Of a DNA stretch of 64,000 nucleotides, positions 54,819 to 64,000 are shown piece after piece. Made by a program: the position numbers and the translations under genes. Numbering within the stretch: the stretch's first letter is position 1; each line of letters starts with the position of its first letter. The notes beneath the pieces are model-generated. The model worked only from the letters and a program-made list of their open reading frames with translations. It did no database searches and had not been told where the DNA came from. This stretch comes from an uncultured Chloroflexia bacterium (GTDB lineage Bacteria; Chloroflexota; Limnocylindria; QHBO01): contig CAVSAH010000006.1 of the NCBI GenBank assembly GCA_963725885.1, forward strand, positions 21,828-85,827, given 5' to 3'.

Positions 54819-55286
54819 TCAGAACGGCTTGAAGAGCATCAGCCACAGGATGACGAGGAGGCCTCCGAACCCGACCACGGCGACGATCAGCGGTCGGCTC
54901 GAGGAGAGGAGCTCGTCGAGCTCCTCGTCGCTGGCCATGGGCGCCCCGGACGCCCGCGTTCCCACGGCCCTGCGGACGCGCCGGAAGTAGCCGGTCGCCA
55001 GCGGATACATCGCGCCGGCGATGGCGAGGAAGAGTCCGAGCGAGACCCAGATCCACGCCATCCTCCACCAGTTGCTCGATGAACCCGGCGAGGATGCCCG
55101 CGCCGAGGAGGACGACGATCGACACGTAGAACGCCGAGATCGAGGCGCTCGACAGATCGAGGAGGGTCAAGATCCGCTCGCGGTTCCGCTCGGTCCGCAG
55201 CCGGAACATGACGGCGACCGACGCGCCGTGCGCGAGGAGGAAGCCGAACACGCCGGCGACGTGGAGGAACACGACCCACGGATACA
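54819..55286 (-). CDS. Small integral membrane protein (paralog of 1489..1880), one-base insertion near 55065
   Basis: MYPWVVFLHVAGVFGFLLAHGASVAVMFRLRTERNRERILTLLDLSSASISAFYVSIVVLLGAGILAGFIE (ORF 54793..55857), then a shift to NWWRMAWIWVSLGLFLAIAGAMYPLATGYFRRVRRAVG..LVILWLMLFKPF* (ORF 54819..55061). Confidence 0.45.
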
Positions 55287-55291
55287 TGGCG

Positions 55292-56343
55292 CTAGTGGCC
55301 CGCCTCGTCGGCGTCCGCGAGCCCACTGGTGGCCGGACCCTGGATGACGGCGCCGAGAGCGTCGTAGCGCGAGCCGTGGCACGGGCAGTCCCATGTCCGC
55401 TCGTCGGCGTTCCATCCGACGATGCAGCCCATGTGCGCGCAGCGAGCGGACAACCGGTGGACGGTCCCCTCCTCGTCGCGGTAGGCAGCGATCGGCTCGC
55501 CGTCGATTCGGACGACGCCTCCGTCGCCGTTGGAGAGGTCGTCGACCTCGGAAGAGGTCGTCTTGACGATGAGCAGGTCGGTCGGAGCCTGGTGGGACAC
55601 CTTGTTCGGGATCGTCCCAAAGTGGAACCTGCCACCGAGCATTCCCCGGTTCCCGATGACGATGAGGTCGTACCCCTCGTCCTCCGCCACGCGGCAGATC
55701 GCATCGGCGGCGTCGCCGCGGCTCGAGGTCGTCTGAAGCGTGCCCGCCGGAAGGTAGGCCCCCGCCACCTCCTTGAACACGATCTCGGCCGTCTTCGGAT
55801 GGCCGGCGTAGAAGAGGACTGGCTTCGCGCCGGTGCGCTCTCCGAGGCCGTGCGCACGTCTCACCGCCTGCAGCGACGTCTGCGAGCCATCGGTCGCGAC
55901 CAGCATCGTGCGGTACGGCTCCTCGGCGCGACGCGTGCGCGTCGTCGGATGCCGTCCTCACGATCAGCAGGTCGCAGGGCGCGCTGTGGGAGATCCGATC
56001 CGGAACGCTGCCGAGCAGGAAGGCCGCTCGCCCGGACATGCCCTTGTTCCCGACGACGAGGAGATCGGCCCTCTCGTCGCGCGCCAGGGCCACCATGGCC
56101 TCGGCCGGCTCCCCGGAGACGGCCCGTGCGTCGACGCGCGGCCACGACGCCCGCGCCGCCTCGGCCGAAGCCTCCAGCACCTCGTCGCGTCTGATCGGCC
56201 TCATCCCGATGGGCGGTCGCGATGAGCAGCTGCGCGTCGTTGGCCCTCGCCAGCTGCGCGGCTCGGGCCTCGGCCAGGCGGGCCGTGGCCGAGCCATCGG
56301 TGCCGACAACGATCGTGCGGTACGTCACATGCGGAGTTTGCAT
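55292..56343 (-). CDS. Tandem universal stress protein (UspA) domains fused to a C-terminal Rieske [2Fe-2S] domain; frameshifted in the first USP domain
   Basis: USP-1 MQTPHVTYRTIVVGTDGSATARLAEARAAQLARANDAQLLIATAH (ORF 55861..56343) and ..ADLLVVGNKGMSGRAAFLLGSVPDRISHSAPCDLLIV (55167..56309). USP-2 MLVATDGSQTSLQAV..YDLIVIGNRGMLGGRFHFGTIPNKVSHQAPTDLLIV, then Rieske ..CAHMGCIVGWNADERTWDCPCHGSRYDALG (ORF 55292..55906). Confidence 0.6.
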
Positions 56344-56359
56344 CGGCTCGGAGGCCTGT

Positions 56360-56373
56360 TGCTAGACTCGCCA
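56360..56373 (+). promoter_or_regulatory. Candidate extended -10 promoter TTGCTAGACTCGCC for tRNA-Glu; identical 14-mer at 30681-30694 and related GCTAGACTCG at 60437-60446
   Basis: TGnTAnnnT-type extended -10 located 16 nt upstream of the tRNA 5' end. The other copies lie 7-11 nt upstream of the ATG of the acyl-CoA dehydrogenase and FAD-oxidoreductase genes. Confidence 0.35.
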
Positions 56374-56389
56374 CGACCTCCGATGCGTG

Positions 56390-56466
56390 CCGCATTCGTC
56401 TAGAGGCCTAGGACACCGCCCTCTCAAGGCGGAGATCACCGGTTCGAATCCGGTATGCGGTACCAG
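56390..56466 (+). tRNA. tRNA-Glu: tRNA-Glu (anticodon CUC)
   Basis: GCCGCATTCGTCTAGAGGCCTAGGACACCGCCCTCTCAAGGCGGAGATCACCGGTTCGAATCCGGTATGCGGTACCA. Near-identical D-arm and T-arm to canonical tRNA-Glu, anticodon loop CUCUCAA, and an encoded CCA. Confidence 0.9.
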
Positions 56467-56530
56467 CCCTCATCCTCAGAGTCCGAGGACCAACGCCCGC
56501 GGTGCACGATCCCGAACGGAGTAGACCGGT

Positions 56531-58755
56531 ATGGCCTCGGACGAGGCGGCGCTGCTCTCCCGCGAGGCGGTGCTCGCTGGTGACTCGGCTCGGCGCGCAA
56601 CGACGCTCCTGTTCGCGATCGAGAGCCGGACGGCGCAGCTGCTCGCGCGAGCACCGCAGGTTGTCCCGATCGTGCTCGACGAGCACGCCGCTCGCGCCCG
56701 CGAGGAAGCCTTCCTCCATGCGCTGGCACAGGGGCGCGCGCTGCCCGATCCGGCCCACCATCCGGGATCTCGAACGGCATGCGCCGGACTGGGCCGACCT
56801 GGTCCCGAACGATCCGGGCACGCGGGCCGGCGTCGCGCGTCTCCTCGGCGCGAAGCATGCTATTCCCGTCCAGGAGGCACCGCAGATTCGTTCCGCGCTG
56901 GGCCTTGAGACCGATGCCGTCCAGGGTGCATACCAGCGCCTGTACGGGGAGCCGCTGGCGACGATCTACGGCCGAGGGTCCGGCTCCTCGATCGAGTCCG
57001 ATGGGCGGCATCTCGGATTGCCGGCCAGCTGGATGCGCTGCCGACCTTCTGGCTCGCCTTCGTCGTCACGCTGATCATCGGCGCCGTCAACCTGGCGCTG
57101 CCGATCGCGGTGTCCGGTGTGGGTGCCCTGCCCGGGATCGCGCTGATCATTGCCTTCGGGATCATCAACATCGTCACCGTCGTGGCGATGGTCGAGGTCG
57201 TCACGCGCAGCGGCAGCATCCGGTACGGCAACGCCTTCATCGGCACGGTGGTCGCGGACTACCTCGGGAACGCCGGCTCGGCCATCCTCTCGGCGGTCCT
57301 CACCGCCTTCTCGTTCGGCCTGCTGCTGATCATGTACATCGGCATCTCGACGACCCTGGCGGACGCGACGCCGCTGCCCGGCATCGGGCTGGATGATCCT
57401 GCTGTTCGGGGTCGGGCTGTTCTTCCTGACACGCGGGTCGCTGAACGCCACGGTCGCCTCGACCATGGTGATCACCGCGATCAACGTGGGCCTCCTGCTG
57501 GCGCTCTCGGCCATGGCCTTCTCTCGCTTTCGGCTGGAGAACGTCACCTACGTCAACCTGCCGTGGAGCGCCGGCGCCTCGTTCGAGCCGATCGTCGTCG
57601 GGGCGCTCATCGGCGTGATCCTCGACATCTACGCGGCGCACATCCTCGTCGCCATCTTCGGCAGGACGGTGCTCGAGCGCGATCCCAGCGGACGTTCGGC
57701 GGTGCGCGGGCATGCCGCCGGCATCGGCTTCGCCATGGTCCTCAACGTCGTGTGGGTGCTTGCCGTGTGCGGCGCCGTCGCGCCGGAGGTGCTGGCCGGC
57801 CAGACCAGCACCGTGCTCGTCCCACTGGCGGCCGCGATCGGCCCGCAGGTCCAGGTGCTCGGCGCGATCTTCGTCATCCTCAGCATGGGCCTGGGGCTGA
57901 TCCAGTTCTCGCTGGCGCTCTTCAACCTGGCGCGCGAGCGCATCGGGCAGCGCGAGGTCTGGGGCGGAGCGCGCGGCCGCTTCCTGCTCGCGCTGGTCCC
58001 GCTGATCGGTGTCGTGCTGGTCGCCGAGTGGATGGTGCTGACCGACACCGGGTCGTTCGCCGGGCTCCTGGGCTTCCTCGGGGTGATGGTCCACTCGCTG
58101 ATGAGCGGCATCTTTCCGGTGCTGCTGCTGGCGGCGAGCCGGCGGAAGGGTGAGCTCGTTCCCGGGGTGAGCTACCGGGCCCTTGGCCATCCCGTGGTCA
58201 TCGGAGGCGTCTACGCGCTGTTCCTGGCCAACCTCGCTCTCCACGGGCTGGTGATCTGGGACGACCCGCTCATGCGCATCGGCGGCGTGCTGATGGCCCT
58301 GCTGATCGTGGTGGTGACGGCCGCGATGGTGCGCCGCGGGGCGTTCGCGCCGCGCCTCGTGGTCGAGCTGCGGCAGGACCTGCGGCGTGACGGCCGATCG
58401 TTCCTCGCGGTCACGGCCGACGGCCACCCGGCACAGGCCGAGATCCAGGTCCGAGATGGCGCCGGCGACCGGCAGATCACCAGCTGTCGAATGCGAGCTG
58501 CCCAGCTTCGACACGCTGCGCTCGGCCGCCGTCGAGGTGCCGGCGCGTGGCGCCAGGGAGCTGAAAGTGTGGGCACACACGATCTCTCCGGACGGGGACT
58601 CGGTCGGCCTCCCGGCGCACGTGGGCGTCCACGACGGAGGCGAGGCGAGCGAGGCCGAGCTGGGCCGCACCGCGAGCCAGATCGTCCTGCCCGTGGCGCG
58701 CGATAGGTGCCGGGTGGAGCTAGCGGTTGGTGAGGGTGGCACGATGCCGGCATGA
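56531..58755 (+). CDS. Large polytopic membrane protein (about 740 aa) with N-terminal soluble domain, possibly an amino-acid permease-like transporter; three or more frameshifts
   Basis: MASDEAALLSREAVLAGDSARRATTLLFAIESRTAQLLARAPQVVPIVL.. (ORF 56531..56908); ..LERHAPDWADLVPNDPGTRAGVARLLGAKHAIPVQEAPQ.. (56502..57074); membrane helices in ORFs 57110..58153 and 57393..58706; C-terminus 58387..58755 whose stop overlaps the next ATG. Confidence 0.4.
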
Positions 58756-59816
58756 AGCTGGCCCCCACGATCACGGCGGTGGACGCCCACGCCGGCGGCG
58801 AGCCGGGGCGCGTGATCATCGGCGGAGTGTCCGATGTCCCCGGCGCGACGATGCTCGAGAAACGCGACCACCTGGCGCGCCAGGGCGACCACCTGCGTCG
58901 GCTCATGCTGCGCGAGCCGCGCGGGTACCCCGCGACGTGCTGCAACGTGGTCCTGCCGCCGACGCACCCCGAGGCCGATGCGGGCTTCGTGATCATGGAG
59001 CAGGCCGAGTACCCGGCCATGAGCGGCAGCAACACGATCTGCACCGCAACGGTGCTGATCGCCGAGAAGCTCGTGCCGGTGACCGAGCCGATCACCGAGC
59101 TGGTCCTCGAGGCGCCGGCCGGCCTGATCCGGGTGCGCGCAGAGGTGCGCGACGGGAAGGCCCGGTCCATCACGTTCGAGAACGTGCCGGCGTTCGCCGT
59201 TCGGCTGGACGCCCCGGTCGAGGTGCCGGAGATCGGCACCGTATCGGTCGACGTCGCGTGGGGAGGGATGTTCTACGCGATCGTGGAGGCCGCGCCACTC
59301 GGGCTGGCGCTGACCCCGGACGAGGGCCGCGACATCGTGCGGCTCGGCGAGATGGTGAAGGCCGCGGCTCGGGAGCAGATCCCCGTCGTCCACCCGCTCA
59401 TGCCGGAGCTTGCCGGGATCAGCATCATCGAGCTCACCGCGCCGCCAACCGTGTCCGGTGCCAACGCGAAGAACACGGTCGTGGTGAGCAGCGGCACCCT
59501 CGACTGGTCGAGGCCGGCGTCGTTCACCGGCGTGCTGGATCGATCGCCGTGCGGTACCGGAACCTGCGCCCGGATGGCTGTCCTGCATGCCCGCGGCGAG
59601 CTGGCCATCGGCGAGGACTTCGTCCACGAAGGGATCCTGGGCACAACCTGGAGCGGCCGGCTCCTGCGCGAAACGACGGTGGGGGACCACCCCGCGGTCG
59701 TGCCGCAGCTGACCGGCAGCGCGTGGATCACCGGGCGTGCTGAGTACGTGGTCGACGCCGAGGACCCGTTCCCGGCCGGCTACACCGTCGGCGACCTGTG
59801 GGGCCTCACCGACTGA
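58752..59816 (+). CDS. Proline racemase family protein (4-hydroxyproline epimerase / hydroxyproline dehydratase-like)
   Basis: Intact 354-aa ORF: ..AVDAHAGGEPGRVIIGG..EPRGYPATCCNVVLPPTHPEADAGFVIMEQAEYPAMSGSNTICTATVL..RSPCGTGTCARMAVLHARGEL. Confidence 0.8.
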   Translation: MKLAPTITAVDAHAGGEPGRVIIGGVSDVPGATMLEKRDHLARQGDHLRRLMLREPRGYPATCCNVVLPPTHPEADAGFVIMEQAEYPAMSGSNTICTATVLIAEKLVPVTEPITELVLEAPAGLIRVRAEVRDGKARSITFENVPAFAVRLDAPVEVPEIGTVSVDVAWGGMFYAIVEAAPLGLALTPDEGRDIVRLGEMVKAAAREQIPVVHPLMPELAGISIIELTAPPTVSGANAKNTVVVSSGTLDWSRPASFTGVLDRSPCGTGTCARMAVLHARGELAIGEDFVHEGILGTTWSGRLLRETTVGDHPAVVPQLTGSAWITGRAEYVVDAEDPFPAGYTVGDLWGLTD

Positions 59817-60387
59817 CCTCGAAGGTGGCGAACAGGTAGCCGCGCACGAGATCGTGCTCGGCCAGGACCCGAAATCCGGCGCGGCCCATCTCGTCGCGCA
59901 CCCGATCCGGATGGGTTGCGTGGTGGCCCTGCCAGCGGGCGAGAGGCCCCGTGCGCCGCGCCTCCAGGATGGCGACGCGGGCGGCGGGGCGAAGGAACGC
60001 CCGTGCGGCGGCGAAGTAGGCGACACGATCGCGGAGGTGGTGATAGGTCGCCGAGACGAACAGCAGATCGACCGGCTCAGGGACCTCGAGCCGGTCGCGA
60101 GCGACGCGGACGGGGCGCAGGTTGGCGATGCCGCGCTCGGCCGCGGCTCGGCGCAGGTCGTCCAGCGTGGAAGCGCTTGCATCGAGCGCGTAGGCGACTC
60201 CCTCCGGCGCCACCGCCCGCGCCAGGCGCAGGGTGAAGTGGCCGTACCCCGGCCCAAGGTCGGCCACGATCAACCCCGGGGTCAGCCCGAGGGCCGCGAC
60301 CACCGCATCCGGATCGCGGAGCCGGTCCGCGCGCGTCCCGCCGGCGTACAGGAGGCGCTGCAGTGGTCCCGGAGTGCGGTCGAGCAT
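59806..60387 (-). CDS. Class I SAM-dependent methyltransferase (start uncertain)
   Basis: ..GLIVADLGPGYGHFTLRLARAVAPEGVAYALDASASTLDDLRRAAAERGIANLRPV..VDLLFVSATYHHLRDRVAYF. Confidence 0.55.
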   Translation of the reverse strand: MLDRTPGPLQRLLYAGGTRADRLRDPDAVVAALGLTPGLIVADLGPGYGHFTLRLARAVAPEGVAYALDASASTLDDLRRAAAERGIANLRPVRVARDRLEVPEPVDLLFVSATYHHLRDRVAYFAAARAFLRPAARVAILEARRTGPLARWQGHHATHPDRVRDEMGRAGFRVLAEHDLVRGYLFATFEVSR

Positions 60388-60451
60388 GAGGGGATGGTGA
60401 CGCCTTCCAACGGCACGCGCACCGCCTCCGGGCGGCGCTAGACTCGGCGCG

Positions 60452-61624
60452 ATGAGCCAGACGTCGCCGGGTCGGACCGAGGTCGCCATCATCGGCGGTG
60501 GCATTCATGGTGCGAGCGCCGCCTACCACCTCGCGAAGGCGGGCATGAACGTCACGCTCCTCGAGCGCCTGACCCTGGCCGGCGGCCCGACCGGTCGGTC
60601 GAGCGGGGTCTGCAGGGCGTACTACACGAACGAGGTCCTGGCCGAGGCGGCGCGCGACAGCATCGGCATGATGGCCGCGTTCGAGGAGATCGCTCCGGGC
60701 CACGATGCGGGGTACCGACGCACCGGCTTCGCGTACCTCCATCCACCATCCGACGTCGAGGACGTGCGACGCGCCGTGGAGCGTCTGAACGCGCTCGGAG
60801 TCCGGGTGGACATCCTCGACGCCGATGCGCTGGCGCGCGACCTCGGCCGTTTCAACCTCGACGGCATCGGGATCGTCGCGTTCGAACGTGACGCGGGGTA
60901 CGCCGATCCGGCCGGGACCACCTCCGGCATGGCGGCCGGGGCGAAGGCGGCGGGAGCCGCGATTCGCACGCGGACGGAGGTCGTGCGTCTGCGCGAACGG
61001 CCGGGCGGGGGAGCGTTCATCGAGACCGCAGACGGTGCCGAGCTCGAGGCGGAGCGGCTCCTGATCGCGGCAGGCCCCTGGACGGCTGGCCTGGCGTCCC
61101 AGCTCGGCGTCAGCCTGCCGCTGACCGTCGAGCGCCACGTCGTGGCGATGGCCGGGCTCGACCTCGCGACGGCCGCGCCCTTCGGCCATGGCGACCTGGT
61201 GACCGGCTACTACTGCCGGCCCGAGGGCGCGGACCAGTACTGCATCGGCTGGACCCACCCGGGGCAGGCCGCGGATCAGGACCATTTCGACGGCACGATC
61301 CACCACGACGAGGAGATCGAGCTGCTCGAGGCCGTCGCGCGACGCCTGCCCGCCGTGAACGACGCACGGCCGCGGAACGGATGGGCGAGCCTCTACGACG
61401 TCAGCCCCGACTGGCAGCCGGTCATCGGCGAGATCGCCGCCGGAGTCTTCGTGGATGCCGGGACCAGCGGCCATGGGTTCAAGCTCGCCCCGGCCCTCGG
61501 ACGGCACGTGGCCGACCTCGTTCTGGGCCGTCCCGATGCACGGATCGAACAGTTCCACCCCCGCCGGTTCGAGGCCGGCGAGCTGCTCGCGGCCGGCTAT
61601 CGCGACGCTCGGATTCTTGGTTAG
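60452..61624 (+). CDS. FAD-dependent oxidoreductase (DAO family; D-amino-acid / D-hydroxyproline dehydrogenase-like)
   Basis: Intact 390-aa ORF: VAIIGGGIHGASAAYHLAKAGMNVTLLE. Confidence 0.75.
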   Translation: MSQTSPGRTEVAIIGGGIHGASAAYHLAKAGMNVTLLERLTLAGGPTGRSSGVCRAYYTNEVLAEAARDSIGMMAAFEEIAPGHDAGYRRTGFAYLHPPSDVEDVRRAVERLNALGVRVDILDADALARDLGRFNLDGIGIVAFERDAGYADPAGTTSGMAAGAKAAGAAIRTRTEVVRLRERPGGGAFIETADGAELEAERLLIAAGPWTAGLASQLGVSLPLTVERHVVAMAGLDLATAAPFGHGDLVTGYYCRPEGADQYCIGWTHPGQAADQDHFDGTIHHDEEIELLEAVARRLPAVNDARPRNGWASLYDVSPDWQPVIGEIAAGVFVDAGTSGHGFKLAPALGRHVADLVLGRPDARIEQFHPRRFEAGELLAAGYRDARILG

Positions 61625-62761
61625 GTGCCGCCCGGCCACGACGTCATCGTCATCGGGCTCGGGGGGATGGGGTCCGCATCGGCGTATCACCTGGCGCGGC
61701 GTGGCCAGCGCGTGCTGGGTCTCGAGCAGTTCGAGCCGTTGCATCAGCGGGGCTCGTCGCACGGGCTGACCCGCATCATCCGCCTCGCGTACCACGAGCA
61801 CCCGAAGTACGTGCCGCTGCTGCGTCGGGCGTATGAGCTCTGGCGCGCCCTCGGGGCCGACGCGGGGCGCGAGCTGCTGATCACGACCGGCTCGCTTGAG
61901 GGTGGGCCCGCGGATGGGCCGATGTTCCGCGGGGCGCTCGAGGCGGCCCGGCTTCACGACATTCCCCACGAGGTCCTCGATGCGGACGAGATCGTGCGCC
62001 GCTACCCGGCCTGGAGTGGGCTGGACCCCGACATGCGGGTCGTGTATCAGCCCGACGGCGGGTTCGTGTTGGCAGAGGAGACAATGACCGCGCACCAGGA
62101 CGGGGCGCGCGCAGCCGGAGCCGAGCTGCGCTTCAACGAGGCCGCGCTCGGGTGGGAGCCTGTCGGCGCTGGCGTGCGAGTCACGACGGCCTCCGGAACA
62201 TACGAGGCGGATCGGCTGGTGATCTGCGCCGGCCCATGGATGGCACGGCTGGTCCCGTACCTCGACGGGCTGGCCGAGCCCGAGCGTCAGGTCCTCGCCT
62301 GGTTCACTCCCCGGACGTCCGAGGCATTCACCGCGGAGCGCTTCCCGGTCTTCATCGTCGACGTGGCGTCGGGCTCCTGGTACGGCTTCCCGGCGCATGA
62401 CGGCCACGGGCTCAAGGTCGGCTGGTACCACCACCTGCGCGAGCCGATCGACCCCGACGACCGCGACCGCTCAACCCGACCCGACGACGAGGCCGCCCTG
62501 CGCGGCTTCGTCGAGCAGCACCTCCCCGAGGGCGCGGGGCCGACCGAGATGCTCAAGGCCTGCATCTTCACGAACACCCCCGACGAGCACTTCATCATCG
62601 ACCGCCTGCCCGATGCGCCCCAGGTCGTCGTCGCCTCTCCGTGCAGCGGCCACGGCTACAAGTTCTGCTCGGTCGTGGGCGAAATCACCGCCGACCTGGC
62701 CATCGATGGTGCGACGCGCCACGACATCGGCCTTTTCAGGCTCAACCGATTCGGCGCCTGA
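61625..62761 (+). CDS. Monomeric sarcosine oxidase / N-methyltryptophan oxidase (MSOX/SolA) family FAD oxidase
   Basis: Intact 378-aa ORF: DVIVIGLGGMGSASAYHLARRGQRVLGLEQF..HGLTRIIRLAYHEHPKYVPL..ASPCSGHGYKFCSVVGEITADL (covalent-FAD Cys context). Confidence 0.75.
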   Translation: MPPGHDVIVIGLGGMGSASAYHLARRGQRVLGLEQFEPLHQRGSSHGLTRIIRLAYHEHPKYVPLLRRAYELWRALGADAGRELLITTGSLEGGPADGPMFRGALEAARLHDIPHEVLDADEIVRRYPAWSGLDPDMRVVYQPDGGFVLAEETMTAHQDGARAAGAELRFNEAALGWEPVGAGVRVTTASGTYEADRLVICAGPWMARLVPYLDGLAEPERQVLAWFTPRTSEAFTAERFPVFIVDVASGSWYGFPAHDGHGLKVGWYHHLREPIDPDDRDRSTRPDDEAALRGFVEQHLPEGAGPTEMLKACIFTNTPDEHFIIDRLPDAPQVVVASPCSGHGYKFCSVVGEITADLAIDGATRHDIGLFRLNRFGA

Positions 62762-62961
62762 CCCAGAGAGGCCCCAATCCGCTGCCATTGGTACGGGTGA
62801 GGTGTGGTTGTGGACGAAGATGTGGACAAGTTGGTGGACAGACCCCTTCCGGTGCGCACCATGGCGGGCATACCATCCGCCCCGGTCCTGCATCCTTCTC
62901 CGCGAGGACGCGGGACCAGAAATCATCAGAACTGTCGCGTCCCACACTGGAGGGTGCTCGC

Positions 62962-63264
62962 ATGACCCAGCGGTCGTCCGTGTCCGACGCCGCCCCTGCG
63001 GCCGAGACCCCGGCGGAGCTGCCCCCGCCGGATGTCGCCGCATTCATCCGTCACTGCCACGCGCTGCGTGGCGCCTCGTGGCCCGAGCTGTACGACGAGA
63101 TGTGCGGCGTCGCCTCTCGTCACGAGTTCCGTGGATGGGACCACGGGGATCTCGAGGCGCGCGGGCTCACGTTCTCGCTCCTCGAGATGCCCCGCCTCGC
63201 GGCCTGGTCGCGCGCGGTGGTCGCAAGCGAGGAGTCCCGCGTTCCCGAGCCCGCGCTCGCGTAG
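62962..63264 (+). CDS. Hypothetical protein (about 100 aa)
   Basis: MTQRSSVSDAAPAAETPAELPPPDVAAFIRHCHALRGASWPELYDEMCGVASRHEFRGWDHGDLEARGLTFSLLEMPRLAAWSRAVVASEE.. Confidence 0.35.
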   Translation: MTQRSSVSDAAPAAETPAELPPPDVAAFIRHCHALRGASWPELYDEMCGVASRHEFRGWDHGDLEARGLTFSLLEMPRLAAWSRAVVASEESRVPEPALA

Positions 63265-63279
63265 CTCCGGCCGCGCGCC

Positions 63280-63579
63280 TCAGTACGTGTGGCGGCGGGC
63301 CATCTCGCGCTCGATCATGCGCTCCATGACCATGTACTTCTCGATACGCCTTCGGAGCTCGTTCGCCTCCGGCGTGTAGAGGTGCACGAACTGCTGAAGC
63401 TCGAGGCTGAGCTTGCGGCTCGTGATCCGCGCGTGATCGAGGTTCCGGCGCAGGAGCACCTGGTCCATCCGACGAAGGTGCTCCTCGTTGAGCAGGTCCT
63501 CGTCGCGCAGCAGCTCACGATCGACGTCGAGCTGGGTGCGCTGGAGCTGGACCGGGGCGATGATCGGGTCGTCGGGCAT
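63280..63579 (-). CDS. Hypothetical protein (99 aa), helical and charged
   Basis: Intact ORF: MPDDPIIAPVQLQRTQLDVDRELLRDEDLLNEEHLRRMDQVLLRRNLDHARITSRKLSLELQQFVHLYTPEANELRRRIEKYMVMERMIEREMARRHTY. Confidence 0.4.
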   Translation of the reverse strand: MPDDPIIAPVQLQRTQLDVDRELLRDEDLLNEEHLRRMDQVLLRRNLDHARITSRKLSLELQQFVHLYTPEANELRRRIEKYMVMERMIEREMARRHTY

Positions 63580-63665
63580 GTCAGCCGCAGTGTAGCCGCC
63601 GCCACGCTCACCGGGCAGCGCCCTCGAGGGCGTGAGGTTGAGCGAGTGGGGCTATACTCCGGCCC

Positions 63666-63935
63666 GTGTTGATCATCGGGCTGATCCTCTTCGGGATGCT
63701 CATCGGCGCCGGAGCGCAGCTGCTGCTCGGCCGCCCCTCAGGACGAAGCATTGACTGGGGCAAGGCGCTCGTGTCCGGGCTGGCGGGCTCGTTCGTGGGC
63801 GGCCTGATCTTCAGCCTCCTCGCGGGTGACGGTCTCGAGCTGAGACCGAGCGGCATCATCGGCTCACTGCTCGGAGCCACGATCGTCAGCGCCGGCTGGT
63901 ACTGGTTCGAGCGGAGGGGCCAAGCGGCCGCCTGA
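63666..63935 (+). CDS. GlsB/YeaQ/YmgE family stress-response membrane protein
   Basis: MLIIGLILFGMLIGAGAQLLLG..GKALVSGLAGSFVGGLIFSLL..GSLLGATIVSAGWYWF. Confidence 0.6.
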   Translation: MLIIGLILFGMLIGAGAQLLLGRPSGRSIDWGKALVSGLAGSFVGGLIFSLLAGDGLELRPSGIIGSLLGATIVSAGWYWFERRGQAAA

Positions 63936-63954
63936 CCTCGGACAGGGCGGCCGC

Positions 63955-64000
63955 GAGCATCGGGGTCCCCGTAGCTCAGTGGACAGAGCAGCCGCCTTCT
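63955..64000 (+). tRNA. tRNA-Arg: tRNA-Arg (probable anticodon UCU), 5' portion truncated by the window end
   Basis: GTCCCCGTAGCTCAGTGGACAGAGCAGCCGCCTTCT matches the acceptor, D-arm and anticodon stem of argU-type tRNA (..TAGCTCAGTTGGATAGAGCA..CCTTCTAAG). Confidence 0.6.

Overview
This window is about 70% GC and looks like Actinomycetota chromosome, carrying PAC2, LCP, F420-type LLM oxidoreductase, MoxR and many GNAT genes. It is densely coding on both strands, and I found no transposase, integrase, CRISPR array or rRNA. About half of the recognisable genes are split across two to four reading frames by single-base indels, which points either to a homopolymer-error-rich assembly (likely a long-read or metagenome assembly) or to wholesale pseudogenisation. 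Because of this, most CDS coordinates below are approximate merged spans.

Gene content, in order:
- Kelch repeat protein (partial), 3-mercaptopyruvate/thiosulfate sulfurtransferase, and several paralogous membrane proteins.
- DUF1801 protein, SnoaL-like protein, a UvrA-paralog ABC ATPase, and GNATs.
- Lysyl-PG-synthase-like transmembrane protein, LCP, PAC2, and a DUF4395-thioredoxin fusion.
- A GNAT-cupin-MerR block flanked by two copies of a MITE-like inverted-repeat element.
- A 677-aa VWA protein, an LLM oxidoreductase, and DppA plus flavin reductase.
- A minus-strand catabolic cluster: CrtI-like oxidoreductase, GcvT-family aminomethyltransferase, CheY-like regulator, class-III aminotransferase and a PotABCD-like polyamine ABC transporter.
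- Divergent acyl-CoA dehydrogenase and acetoacetyl-CoA synthetase.
- A large minus-strand operon of about 13 kb: a DUF4350-like secreted protein, ABC ATPase, ABC-2 permease, a coiled-coil membrane protein with tandem (GQPGAS)n/(SNPG)n repeats, MoxR, DUF58, a BatA-like VWA protein and a giant fused BatB-like multi-VWA protein. Several junctions are ATGA-coupled, and an 18-bp AT-rich perfect palindrome sits between MoxR and DUF58.
- A GAF histidine kinase, QueG, a DUF1015 protein and an alpha/beta hydrolase.
- A tandem-USP-Rieske fusion.
- tRNA-Glu(CUC), followed by a hydroxyproline-like catabolic cluster (permease-like membrane protein, proline-racemase-family enzyme, SAM methyltransferase, DAO-family oxidoreductase, MSOX-like oxidase).
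- A partial tRNA-Arg(UCU) at the window edge.

The most unusual locus is the extended MoxR/DUF58/VWA operon with its repeat-bearing membrane protein and associated ABC-2 transporter.
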